A DNA stretch of 20,939 nucleotides from a virus (Duplodnaviria > Heunggongvirae > Uroviricota > Caudoviricetes): the IMG/VR virus record IMGVR_UViG_3300029288_000136; one strand, written 5' to 3'. Made by a program: the position numbers and the translations under genes. The notes beneath the pieces were generated by a model, which was not told the DNA's origin, made no database searches, and worked only from the letters and a program-made list of their open reading frames with translations. Each line of letters starts with the position of its first letter. Within the stretch, counting starts at the first letter, position 1. Shown one piece after another: positions 8,214 to 16,177 of the stretch.

Positions 8214-8795
8214 ATGGTAGACGCATGGACTGAAACATGTCTAATACAGATGGCAAAAAAAGAAACCGCCTTAGCTTCAGAAGTACAAGTAAACGGAGTA
8301 ACTGAGACAGTAGACATAGATCTCGGAGACAAAGACTCTGAGTGGACCGCATTACTAAATGGTGGAAGAGTAGTCAACTACACCCCAATGGCCGACACCT
8401 CAGTAACACTTGACTGCTATTGCGTAGCTGCAACCCAGGGAGCAGGAGCCACCCAACTAGGCTTCTTCGACGCACTTATGGGAAACACCACAGTGCAATC
8501 AGATAGGGTACATGATAAATACCGCCTGACCATACTATGGACAGATGCCACAGCGATAACAACAGCAGGAGCAGCACTGGTAACAACCCAGACCGGGCTA
8601 AGATTCGTAGGAGCAGAAGGACACGTCACCAGTGTAAAGCCATCCATGACCGATGGAAGGCTTAAGTTCACGGTGACCATCAAGTTTCCAGCGTTCGACA
8701 AAGCAGGAAACGCATGTGTGTTCTTCGAATCATGCGACACCACTGGAACACTAGGAGCACTCCTTACCTACACTGGAACAACATATCTAAGATAG
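8214..8795 (+). CDS. Tail tube protein, paralogue 2
   Basis: 193 aa, same fold evidence as paralogue 1. GAGGT at 8201-8205 lies 8 nt before the ATG. Confidence 0.7.
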   Translation: MVDAWTETCLIQMAKKETALASEVQVNGVTETVDIDLGDKDSEWTALLNGGRVVNYTPMADTSVTLDCYCVAATQGAGATQLGFFDALMGNTTVQSDRVHDKYRLTILWTDATAITTAGAALVTTQTGLRFVGAEGHVTSVKPSMTDGRLKFTVTIKFPAFDKAGNACVFFESCDTTGTLGALLTYTGTTYLR

Positions 8796-8801
8796 ACCAA
8801 A

Positions 8802-8825
8802 CTATCTTATCTTATCTTATTTTTT
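8802..8825 (+). terminator. CTTAT x3 microrepeat ending in a T run, terminator-like
   Basis: ctat-cttat-cttat-cttat-ttttt just after the TAG of tube paralogue 2. Confidence 0.35.
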
Positions 8826-8862
8826 ACTTGAATAGAAATTTGAATAGATTGAACTGAAGAAA

Positions 8863-9777
8863 ATGGAAGAGAGAACAATTGAAGAGAACATAGAGAAAAA
8901 ACAATACAAGATACTGCTAGCATTCCCGACAAGCAAGGAAAAAGACTATGTATTGAAAGAATTCCTAGAAAACCTAAAACACTTAGACTATCCCTTTCAC
9001 ATATTCGCAGTGGACACCACACTGGGAGACCATGAGAATAAATATACCAACCACCTACGGTCCCTTGGAGTAGAGACTGTAAAATTCGAATGGGATCCCA
9101 GTGCTGTCCACACCACATACATGCTTTCTCAGGCAAGAGACCTTATAAGACAAAAAGCAGTTGATGAAGGATATGACTACTTGATGAGCGTAGACTCAGA
9201 CATGATAATCCCACACAACACGATAACAGACCTCATAAGATATGATAAAGACTGCATAGGATACCCCTACAACATATTCGCAAGAAAAGGACAAAGAAGC
9301 ACCCCCTGCGTAACCAGATCAGGAAAGATGTACATGCAGGACACACCCCAAACAGAAGGAAACAAGTATAGAAGAGGACTGGACCTGCTATCATGGAATG
9401 ACATAAGATATATTAAAGCAGACATAGCACGGGTATACGGAGCCGGGCTTGGATGCTGCTTAATCAAGAGAAAAGTGTTGGAGAACACACGATTCAGATC
9501 ACACCCCGACATATGCATAGGAGAAGATGTATGGTACTGGAATGAAGTCAACGAGAAAGGATACGAGATGTGGATAGTGCCAAGGAAAAGACCAATACAT
9601 AAGATGAAGACTTGGAAAGTAAAAGCAACCCAGCCACTAGGGGGAGTATTCATAAACCTGCACAAAGAAGGAGACAAAGTAGTAGGAGATGCTACAGTAG
9701 CCAAACTAACCAAGGATCAACTGGAAGAAGTCAGGAAACAGATGAAAGAAAACGAAGAAACATGGAATGAAGCATAA
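8863..9777 (+). CDS. GT-A fold (GT2-like) glycosyltransferase
   Basis: ILLAFPT, ARDLIRQKA..EGYDYLMSVDSD (DxD), GAGLGCCLIKRKVLE and GEDVWY. Confidence 0.88.
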   Translation: MEERTIEENIEKKQYKILLAFPTSKEKDYVLKEFLENLKHLDYPFHIFAVDTTLGDHENKYTNHLRSLGVETVKFEWDPSAVHTTYMLSQARDLIRQKAVDEGYDYLMSVDSDMIIPHNTITDLIRYDKDCIGYPYNIFARKGQRSTPCVTRSGKMYMQDTPQTEGNKYRRGLDLLSWNDIRYIKADIARVYGAGLGCCLIKRKVLENTRFRSHPDICIGEDVWYWNEVNEKGYEMWIVPRKRPIHKMKTWKVKATQPLGGVFINLHKEGDKVVGDATVAKLTKDQLEEVRKQMKENEETWNEA

Positions 9778-10165
9778 AATGAACCAACCAAACGAAGAAC
9801 CAAACAAACCAGTTGATAAAGAGATCAATGAAAGCCCACAGAAGAAGATACTTGACTCAGTGGTAAACAATGGACGGATCACTATATCAAGAATACCTGA
9901 GAACACCAAGAAACAATTCATAGACATATCCAATGAATACTTCTGCGGAGACTATGGGATGACAATAAAATTCTTCATAGACCAAGCTATAGAATACCAG
10001 ATAATGAAGGAAAGACTAGTAGACCTGGGATCAATGGAGGAAAGACTGTCAAACCTGGAATCAGAAGTAGAGATGATGATAGCCACCACAAGCATCAAAG
10101 ACCCAAAAGAAGAAGGACCAAAGATGCTAAATGGAAGAACACTAGGAACAAACAACACAAAATAA
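9767..10165 (+). CDS. Hypothetical protein, possible ribbon-helix-helix-like domain plus coiled coil
   Basis: Strand ITISRIP, helix ENTKKQFIDISNE, turn CGDY, helix GMTIKFFIDQAI, then heptads MEERLSNLESEVE. True start may be the Met at 9779. Confidence 0.5.
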   Translation: MKHKMNQPNEEPNKPVDKEINESPQKKILDSVVNNGRITISRIPENTKKQFIDISNEYFCGDYGMTIKFFIDQAIEYQIMKERLVDLGSMEERLSNLESEVEMMIATTSIKDPKEEGPKMLNGRTLGTNNTK

Positions 10166-10227
10166 ACAATACAATATCAAATACTTAACAACAATACAAT
10201 ATAATAAATAAATAAATAAAACAAAAA

Positions 10228-10656
10228 ATGACAAGCGGAATAGATATGATGAAGAGACATCTGGGAAAAGCGACAAACATTGAACTGACGAACGAAGACG
10301 GAAGCATAGACACATTCGAATTAAAACCCCTACCATTCGAATACTACCCCGAATACCTATGCGTAGTGGATCAGATAGTGAAGACAAGCGAGAAGAACAA
10401 AACAGACGTAAAGAAAACATACTCCGACCTCACAGACCTGCTTGTAGTATTCGTCAAGAACAGCGCGCCAAAAGGAACTGAAATAGGAGATGAAGAATAT
10501 GACAAACTCGTAAGGGAATTCGTAGTGAGAAACTTCCAGACAATATCCAATGCCTTAATGGAAGTAAACAACCCAACAGCATCAGACGACACCCGGATAA
10601 ACAAGAAACTGGAAGCACTAGAAAAAGCAAAGGAAAAAGCAGCAAAGAAAGAATGA
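10228..10656 (+). CDS. Tail assembly chaperone (lambda G-like)
   Basis: 142 aa. TFELKPLPFEYYPEYL strand-turn-helix pattern typical of these chaperones, in the canonical position upstream of the tape measure gene. Confidence 0.7.
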   Translation: MTSGIDMMKRHLGKATNIELTNEDGSIDTFELKPLPFEYYPEYLCVVDQIVKTSEKNKTDVKKTYSDLTDLLVVFVKNSAPKGTEIGDEEYDKLVREFVVRNFQTISNALMEVNNPTASDDTRINKKLEALEKAKEKAAKKE

Positions 10657-10659
10657 AGA

Positions 10660-10911
10660 ATGGTAGAGATAGAACAAGGGAGCACCCAAAAAATAATGGG
10701 TCTCATCCTTGGAAAAAAACAACAAGCACACCTTGAAAGAAACACAGTAGCGGAAATACATTATCAATTATGCAAGGAATTCAACACATACATACCGATT
10801 GAGGAACTGAACAAACAACCAATACCAACCATATTAAACCTGATGCAGATAGCAGACAGAGAAAACAAGAGATATAATGCGGAGATGAGGAAACATAACA
10901 GGAAAAGATAA
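10660..10911 (+). CDS. Tail assembly chaperone second part (lambda T-like)
   Basis: 83 aa. YIPIEELNKQPIPTILNL resembles T-type chaperone C-termini. Same reading frame as 10228-10656. Confidence 0.6.
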   Translation: MVEIEQGSTQKIMGLILGKKQQAHLERNTVAEIHYQLCKEFNTYIPIEELNKQPIPTILNLMQIADRENKRYNAEMRKHNRKR

Positions 10912-10929
10912 TACAGGATAATTGAATAA

Positions 10930-13900
10930 ATGACAAGAAAAGATATTGACATATATGTTGGGATAACCGCAGACACTAAAGAAGCGGATAAAGTAGTCAA
11001 AGCATCAGACAAGATAATCAATAACATAAAGAAGCTAAACAAGGAAGGAACCAAGAGACCAAAAGACGTACAGATGCCCAAGATAAAAGGATCCTTCTCA
11101 ACCATAAATCAACTAAAGAAACAAGCAAACCAACAAGCAGTAGCATCAACTCCGACAATATCCAAACTTAAAAACAAAGCAAAAGAAGTATTAAAAAACA
11201 ATAAAGGAGCGATCAATGGTCCAGGATTCAAGACATATAAGCCTTCAGAAGCAGCCAAAGAACAGAATAAAGCATTAACAGAAGCTGCCAAGAAAGCAGA
11301 GAAAGAGAAGATAAAACAAGATAAGTTAATTGAGAAAGAAGCCAAGAGAAAAAAAGACTTAAAGAAGAAGGCAGCAGAAAAACTATTGACAAATAAAGAA
11401 GTAATGGGGACAAAGTTTGCGACCCCTAAAAACGCCCCACAAATAGATTATGGAGGACCGATGGGTACTTGGAAGAAGTTCAAATACCAAAAGATGTTCG
11501 GAAAAGAAGTAGCCAACTCCAACATAGCCATGACCAAATTCCAGGGAACAACCGAAGCCCTCGGAGTAGGGGAAGCAAGACTATTTCAGCGGATGAAGAA
11601 ATCAGGACTACAACTAAACAAAGAAGGAAAATTCTACAGAACCATAGTTAATAAGCAAGGACAAAGACAGAAACTACATGTAAAAGACCAGAACGCCATG
11701 AAAAGACTCACCAAAGAGTCTAAGAAGTTCAACATGAACCTCCTATCAATGATGTTCTTTGGGATGAGCATATCAAGGATATTCAGGTCCTGGACCACCA
11801 CGCTAACAGACATGGCAGGGATAAGCGACGCATTCGCAGCCTCCCAACAGATAATCATGTCCTCAATGCTTGAGCCTGCCGTATGGGTTACCGAGCAAAT
11901 ACTCAATCTAACCGAAGCGCTTGATAAGATGACCATTGCCGGGATATCAGGATCACAGGCGGTAGCTGGATTCATGCTGGCAGGAGACGCGTTCGGAACC
12001 ATGCTATCAAGCGTAGGACAAGTGGGGTTGGGCATACAAGGACTGCAGAATGAGTTTGAAGACTTGTTCGTGATATTTGAGCCGGTCAAAGGAGCGATAA
12101 TAAGCGGATTAGATAAGATTGGGCTAGGTGGACTTGGAAAAATACTTGGAAATGTAGGTCCTGGAACAATGGCTGCAACTCTAGGAATAGCGGTTAACTC
12201 ACAACTACAGAAAGCATTGAATAATTTTTCAACCAAGTTCGCAAATGGAACACTGATACCGGATATGAGCAACGCATTTGACATCAATGGAGCAGTTGAC
12301 AAATCAAATACGTTCGCCTCAGATATCCTATCACTGGCGCAAGACATAAATAGAACCTTTACATTCATGCTCCCAGATAATATGAAGTATCTTGGAACAG
12401 ATATGGCTAAGACATTACTGCAAACACTTGGAGTAGGATTGGATGCTGTTACAGGAGGTCTTGGATCAACAGTACTAGCAGGGATAATGACTGGAACTGA
12501 GTGGAAGACTGGAGGTAAAGTGATTGGAGAGAGTATATTAGATACTCTTTCAAATCCTATAGAAGCAAGTGCTGGAGCAGTAACCAGTGTTTTAACTCCT
12601 TTGATTGATTTTGCTGAAGGTATCCCTATTTTAAATGAAGTTCTAAGTACGGGAGTAAATCTTGGACAACTTGCTGAATCATTTGTAAGTAATCCAGAAA
12701 ATGATCCTACTATTGGAGCATTACGATCACTTATTGGAGTTGTAGGTTTCTTTGGAGGATTACTTGTAGGTGTCGCTTCTCAAATAGCAAAACCAATAGC
12801 TGAAATACTTATTGAAGCAAGTGGAATAAATAAAGTAATAGAAGATTTGAAGACTGGACAGATCGCATTAAAGAATATTTGGGATAATCTAACTCCGACA
12901 TTCAATGGAATGTGGAGCGACATAGTAAGCATGAGTGGAAACATTGTATCTGGTATGAGCGACATATTGTTAAATACTTTCTCTTATTTAAGCACATTAG
13001 CGGAAGACATCGGAGTTAAGATAACCACATACCTATCTCCTGTTTTGGACCCATTAAAGAACACATTAGACGGAGTATGGAGTTCACTGGTGGAATTGGC
13101 AGGAAGAATAGGGATAAAATTACCTGGAACAGACACCAACGCAGGAGGAAGCACCGGGACTACGGCAACATCGACAAGCGTTGTGGAATGGGGCTGGAAT
13201 GCGCTCACCAATGCATGGGAACAGGTTGGTTCTTTTGTTTCCAATATGACTAACCTAGGTCAGGGAGTTGTAGCAGATAATATACTCCCATTTTCTCCAA
13301 TGATAAACCAAGGAGAACCAAATGTATGGACTGAGGGAACCATCCAATTCCCGATAAACTTCCTACTAGACGACAACGACATATTCGGAGATACCGCAGC
13401 CCTAGGACAATCAATAGCTATGAGGACTGGGGCGGCTATGGCAGACAACCCGGTAGAGCTTCCATTCTTCTACGTGGCCCAGAACGCATGGGAGCAAGCA
13501 GCCATAGACGCATACAATGAATCAGGTGCCAGGTATGGAAGCGGAGAAGAAGAATCATACGGTAGAGGAGAAGACCAGGGGGCATGGATGAGCGAATGGT
13601 TCAGGGTGCACTTAGAACAAGAGCAGGCATGGGCTGAAGTAGCGGACAAGACTCATATGACTCAGGAAGACATAGATGAGTTAACGAGCAAAGTAACCGG
13701 GTGGACAGCTGAAGACCTTCCAAGAGTACAGGAAGGACAATACTATAATGCCATAACTGGAACTATAAGGAATGAAGGGAATAATCCAGCATATGATTAC
13801 ACAAATGAAGGAGAAATACGAAGACAACAAGCTGAAAGAGCAGCATCCGATCTTACAAACATAGCTACATCAATACTTGGAGAAGAATATGTAGTTCAAT

Positions 13901-14634
13901 TAAGAAACCTAAACTCAAAAGTACACTCTAATTGGACCAATCAAGTGTATGGATGGGAAGCACTTGAAGACTGGTACAATAATGCCATAAAAGAAGGGAT
14001 AAGTTTGAATAAGATAAGTGAGGTAATGAATCAGATAATAGACAAATCAGAAGAATGGAGGGATACTGAATCATGGAAACATCAGGCAGAACAAATACTT
14101 GGATACCTATCACCTACAGTATCAACAAATCAAGGAACTGTAAATAAAGGAGCTATGGATGTGATTCCAAGAGTCATATCCAATCCAGTTAGCCAACCAA
14201 GCGGAGTAATCGAACAACCTAAAAAACCAATCACAAGTGTGTTAAGCTCAGTACAACAAGAGATAAAAGACAAATACGGATGGGCTACTGGGCACATAGC
14301 AACATTAAGCGATGTTATAAAAGGAACTGAGGACTGGGCAAACAATAAACTATCTCTTGCAGCAGTAACAAGTCTGACAAACTCATGGGGATCGGATATT
14401 CCAGTATATAAGAAAGGAGGATATGTTCCAAATACCGGGTTAGCATATCTTCACGCAGGAGAAACAGTGATACCGGCAGGACAAGGAGGGACACAGATAA
14501 TATACATACAACCGGATATAACATTGAATGTATCCCAGATATCAAGCAACATAGACGTAAAGAGGATAGGAGCGCAGTTAAGCGAGGAATGGGGAAGCGA
14601 GCTAAGGAGAAGATCAGCATACTTGGGGAGATAA
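10930..14634 (+). CDS. Tape measure protein
   Basis: 1234 aa after the chaperones. N-terminal IDIYVGITADTKEA, long helical A/G/L-rich body, hydrophobic segments, Trp at 11-residue spacing (WDNLTPTFNGMW) and C-terminal YKKGGYVPNTGLAYLHAGETVIP motif. Confidence 0.9.
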   Translation: MTRKDIDIYVGITADTKEADKVVKASDKIINNIKKLNKEGTKRPKDVQMPKIKGSFSTINQLKKQANQQAVASTPTISKLKNKAKEVLKNNKGAINGPGFKTYKPSEAAKEQNKALTEAAKKAEKEKIKQDKLIEKEAKRKKDLKKKAAEKLLTNKEVMGTKFATPKNAPQIDYGGPMGTWKKFKYQKMFGKEVANSNIAMTKFQGTTEALGVGEARLFQRMKKSGLQLNKEGKFYRTIVNKQGQRQKLHVKDQNAMKRLTKESKKFNMNLLSMMFFGMSISRIFRSWTTTLTDMAGISDAFAASQQIIMSSMLEPAVWVTEQILNLTEALDKMTIAGISGSQAVAGFMLAGDAFGTMLSSVGQVGLGIQGLQNEFEDLFVIFEPVKGAIISGLDKIGLGGLGKILGNVGPGTMAATLGIAVNSQLQKALNNFSTKFANGTLIPDMSNAFDINGAVDKSNTFASDILSLAQDINRTFTFMLPDNMKYLGTDMAKTLLQTLGVGLDAVTGGLGSTVLAGIMTGTEWKTGGKVIGESILDTLSNPIEASAGAVTSVLTPLIDFAEGIPILNEVLSTGVNLGQLAESFVSNPENDPTIGALRSLIGVVGFFGGLLVGVASQIAKPIAEILIEASGINKVIEDLKTGQIALKNIWDNLTPTFNGMWSDIVSMSGNIVSGMSDILLNTFSYLSTLAEDIGVKITTYLSPVLDPLKNTLDGVWSSLVELAGRIGIKLPGTDTNAGGSTGTTATSTSVVEWGWNALTNAWEQVGSFVSNMTNLGQGVVADNILPFSPMINQGEPNVWTEGTIQFPINFLLDDNDIFGDTAALGQSIAMRTGAAMADNPVELPFFYVAQNAWEQAAIDAYNESGARYGSGEEESYGRGEDQGAWMSEWFRVHLEQEQAWAEVADKTHMTQEDIDELTSKVTGWTAEDLPRVQEGQYYNAITGTIRNEGNNPAYDYTNEGEIRRQQAERAASDLTNIATSILGEEYVVQLRNLNSKVHSNWTNQVYGWEALEDWYNNAIKEGISLNKISEVMNQIIDKSEEWRDTESWKHQAEQILGYLSPTVSTNQGTVNKGAMDVIPRVISNPVSQPSGVIEQPKKPITSVLSSVQQEIKDKYGWATGHIATLSDVIKGTEDWANNKLSLAAVTSLTNSWGSDIPVYKKGGYVPNTGLAYLHAGETVIPAGQGGTQIIYIQPDITLNVSQISSNIDVKRIGAQLSEEWGSELRRRSAYLGR

Positions 14635-14635
14635 T

Positions 14636-15130
14636 ATGGACATTACATTAAGCGATAGCGGATGCTCAACAGCGAAGAAAATACATGGAGCAGGGACGAC
14701 AACGACGATAACAGTGTATGGAACACAGATATCTGAGAAACTAAAGAAGACCAAGATAATATATATTGAGAAGCCAAGAGCGCCGTCCAATTCAAGCGCT
14801 CCAGAGACCAAGATACTAGACCTGAATTGTGAAGACCACACATTTACCATAACCGGGGTACTGACAGAGGATAGTTCAAGCGGAGAATACTACACCGAGC
14901 TTGGAAGAATATCAACAGTAAAAGAATCAAGAGATGACTTATTGAGTATGTTCAGGATCAATGAAGTAAAACAGATGATCATAACTGATGATGGGACAAC
15001 AAGCACATATTCGGTAATATTCAATGATCTTACAATTGATAAAGCACCACACGATATTGACACCCCTTACAGGTATGATTTCACATTAACAGTAAGAGAA
15101 GCTCTTAACACCATAACTCCGACAATATGA
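14636..15130 (+). CDS. Distal tail (Dit)-like protein
   Basis: 164 aa directly after the tape measure gene. Beta-rich tube-like pattern ILDLN....FTITGVL and YRYDFTLTVRE. Confidence 0.6.
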   Translation: MDITLSDSGCSTAKKIHGAGTTTTITVYGTQISEKLKKTKIIYIEKPRAPSNSSAPETKILDLNCEDHTFTITGVLTEDSSSGEYYTELGRISTVKESRDDLLSMFRINEVKQMIITDDGTTSTYSVIFNDLTIDKAPHDIDTPYRYDFTLTVREALNTITPTI

Positions 15131-15153
15131 TCAATATAATATTATATTGATCA
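15128..15153. repeat. Perfect 26-bp palindrome TGATCAATATAATATTATATTGATCA
   Basis: Each half checked base by base (TGATCAATATAAT / ATTATATTGATCA). Overlaps a second inverted repeat ATCAAT-T-ATTGAT at 15150-15162. Confidence 0.95.
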
Positions 15154-15174
15154 ATTATTGATTAAATCTATAAA

Positions 15175-16155
15175 ATGGATCTAAACATGGATAACTTAAG
15201 ACAAATTATTGGAGTACTACTAATTGGACTAATCATCATAGCAGGTGCATTGTTTGTATATAACGCTTCTATAAATAGGATATCAGGTGATCCAATAAGT
15301 GAACAATTAAATGACTCCTATAATCCATATATTAATTACTCATTAAATGATCTGATAAATGAAGATATCACTGATATTAGTATCTCAGCAACTACAACCA
15401 ACCCAACTACAACAACCACTAATACAACCACCACTACCTCGACCACTACTACAACACTTGAAAATGACTGGATACAGGATTTATATACTATTCCAGAAAC
15501 AATAAATGTAAGCAGTAATGTAAGTATAATTTTAAGAATAGGAGGAGACTATGGATCATATCTATGCAATTACTCGATCAATATTAGCGGAATGATAAAC
15601 CAAACACTACTAGGATCAAGTGATGTTTACAATAACACTAATACAACACTATACCAGTTGAATAACACTGAATTCAGCGGAGGAGACAATATAAGCATAA
15701 GCGCAAGGTGTAAAGACAAACAAACAGGAGGAAGATACACCACCCCATGGTATCCGGTAGTCAATAAGACAGTAACACAGGAAGAAGAAGACGTGGAAGT
15801 GTTCATATGGGACGGAAGCTCTTGGAGCAGAGAAGACAACACCATGAAGTTCACCTGCAGATACGGGGGGGGACCATGCAAGGCCCTTACGCAGACATCA
15901 ACTCAGCCGGTTCTAACAGTCAAGAATACTGGAGTGAATGACGTAGAAGTTCAACTATCCCTAAATGAGACAAATGAATACCACACCATCAAATGCGCAT
16001 ATGAGAATGATGTGACTCAGGCAATGACCTTGAACACTTCATGGATAAGCATAGGAGAAGTTACAAGCGGGGACGGGGTGAGTTATTGGTGCTGGGACAG
16101 CATACTAAGACAGGCGCAGAGTTGGAGCTTCTCATTCAAAGCCAAGACCGCATAA
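15175..16155 (+). CDS. Membrane-anchored or secreted surface glycoprotein with Thr-rich linker
   Basis: N-terminal hydrophobic IIGVLLIGLIIIAGALFVY, poly-Thr linker, about 16 N-X-S/T sequons in 326 aa, Cys pairs and a C-terminal QPVLTVKNTG...YWCW domain. Confidence 0.75.
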   Translation: MDLNMDNLRQIIGVLLIGLIIIAGALFVYNASINRISGDPISEQLNDSYNPYINYSLNDLINEDITDISISATTTNPTTTTTNTTTTTSTTTTTLENDWIQDLYTIPETINVSSNVSIILRIGGDYGSYLCNYSINISGMINQTLLGSSDVYNNTNTTLYQLNNTEFSGGDNISISARCKDKQTGGRYTTPWYPVVNKTVTQEEEDVEVFIWDGSSWSREDNTMKFTCRYGGGPCKALTQTSTQPVLTVKNTGVNDVEVQLSLNETNEYHTIKCAYENDVTQAMTLNTSWISIGEVTSGDGVSYWCWDSILRQAQSWSFSFKAKTA

Positions 16156-16177
16156 ATATATTATAATCCAAAAGAAG

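Larger units (their letters stand above)
7565..8795 (+). repeat. Tandem gene duplication of the tail tube gene
   Basis: Manual alignment gives roughly 75-80% amino-acid identity over the full length, with many synonymous differences. Confidence 0.95.
136..15130 (+). mobile_element. Virion morphogenesis module of a tailed dsDNA virus or provirus (siphovirus-type, likely archaeal host)
   Basis: Conserved order adaptor, closure, gp10-like, terminator, tube, chaperones, tape measure, Dit, with no sheath gene. Element boundaries are not visible. Confidence 0.85.

Noticed and set aside
7565-8795. Tube gene pair as a diversity-generating retroelement template/variable repeat
   Set aside because: Differences involve all bases, are mostly synonymous and are not adenine-specific. 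No reverse transcriptase is in the window.
136-15130. Contractile injection system or myovirus tail
   Set aside because: No sheath, baseplate wedge, VgrG or PAAR-like genes. The second tube-region gene is a tube paralogue, not a sheath.
3366-15130. Genome-wide TGA or TAG reassignment
   Set aside because: Trp is encoded by TGG, long genes have no internal stops, and reading through TGA at 5426 or TAG at 8143 and 8795 meets another stop within about 20 codons.
15128-15153. Palindrome as an Xer/dif site
   Set aside because: It has dif-like ATAA...TTAT inner arms, but they are separated by 2 bp rather than the 6-bp spacer of dif sites.
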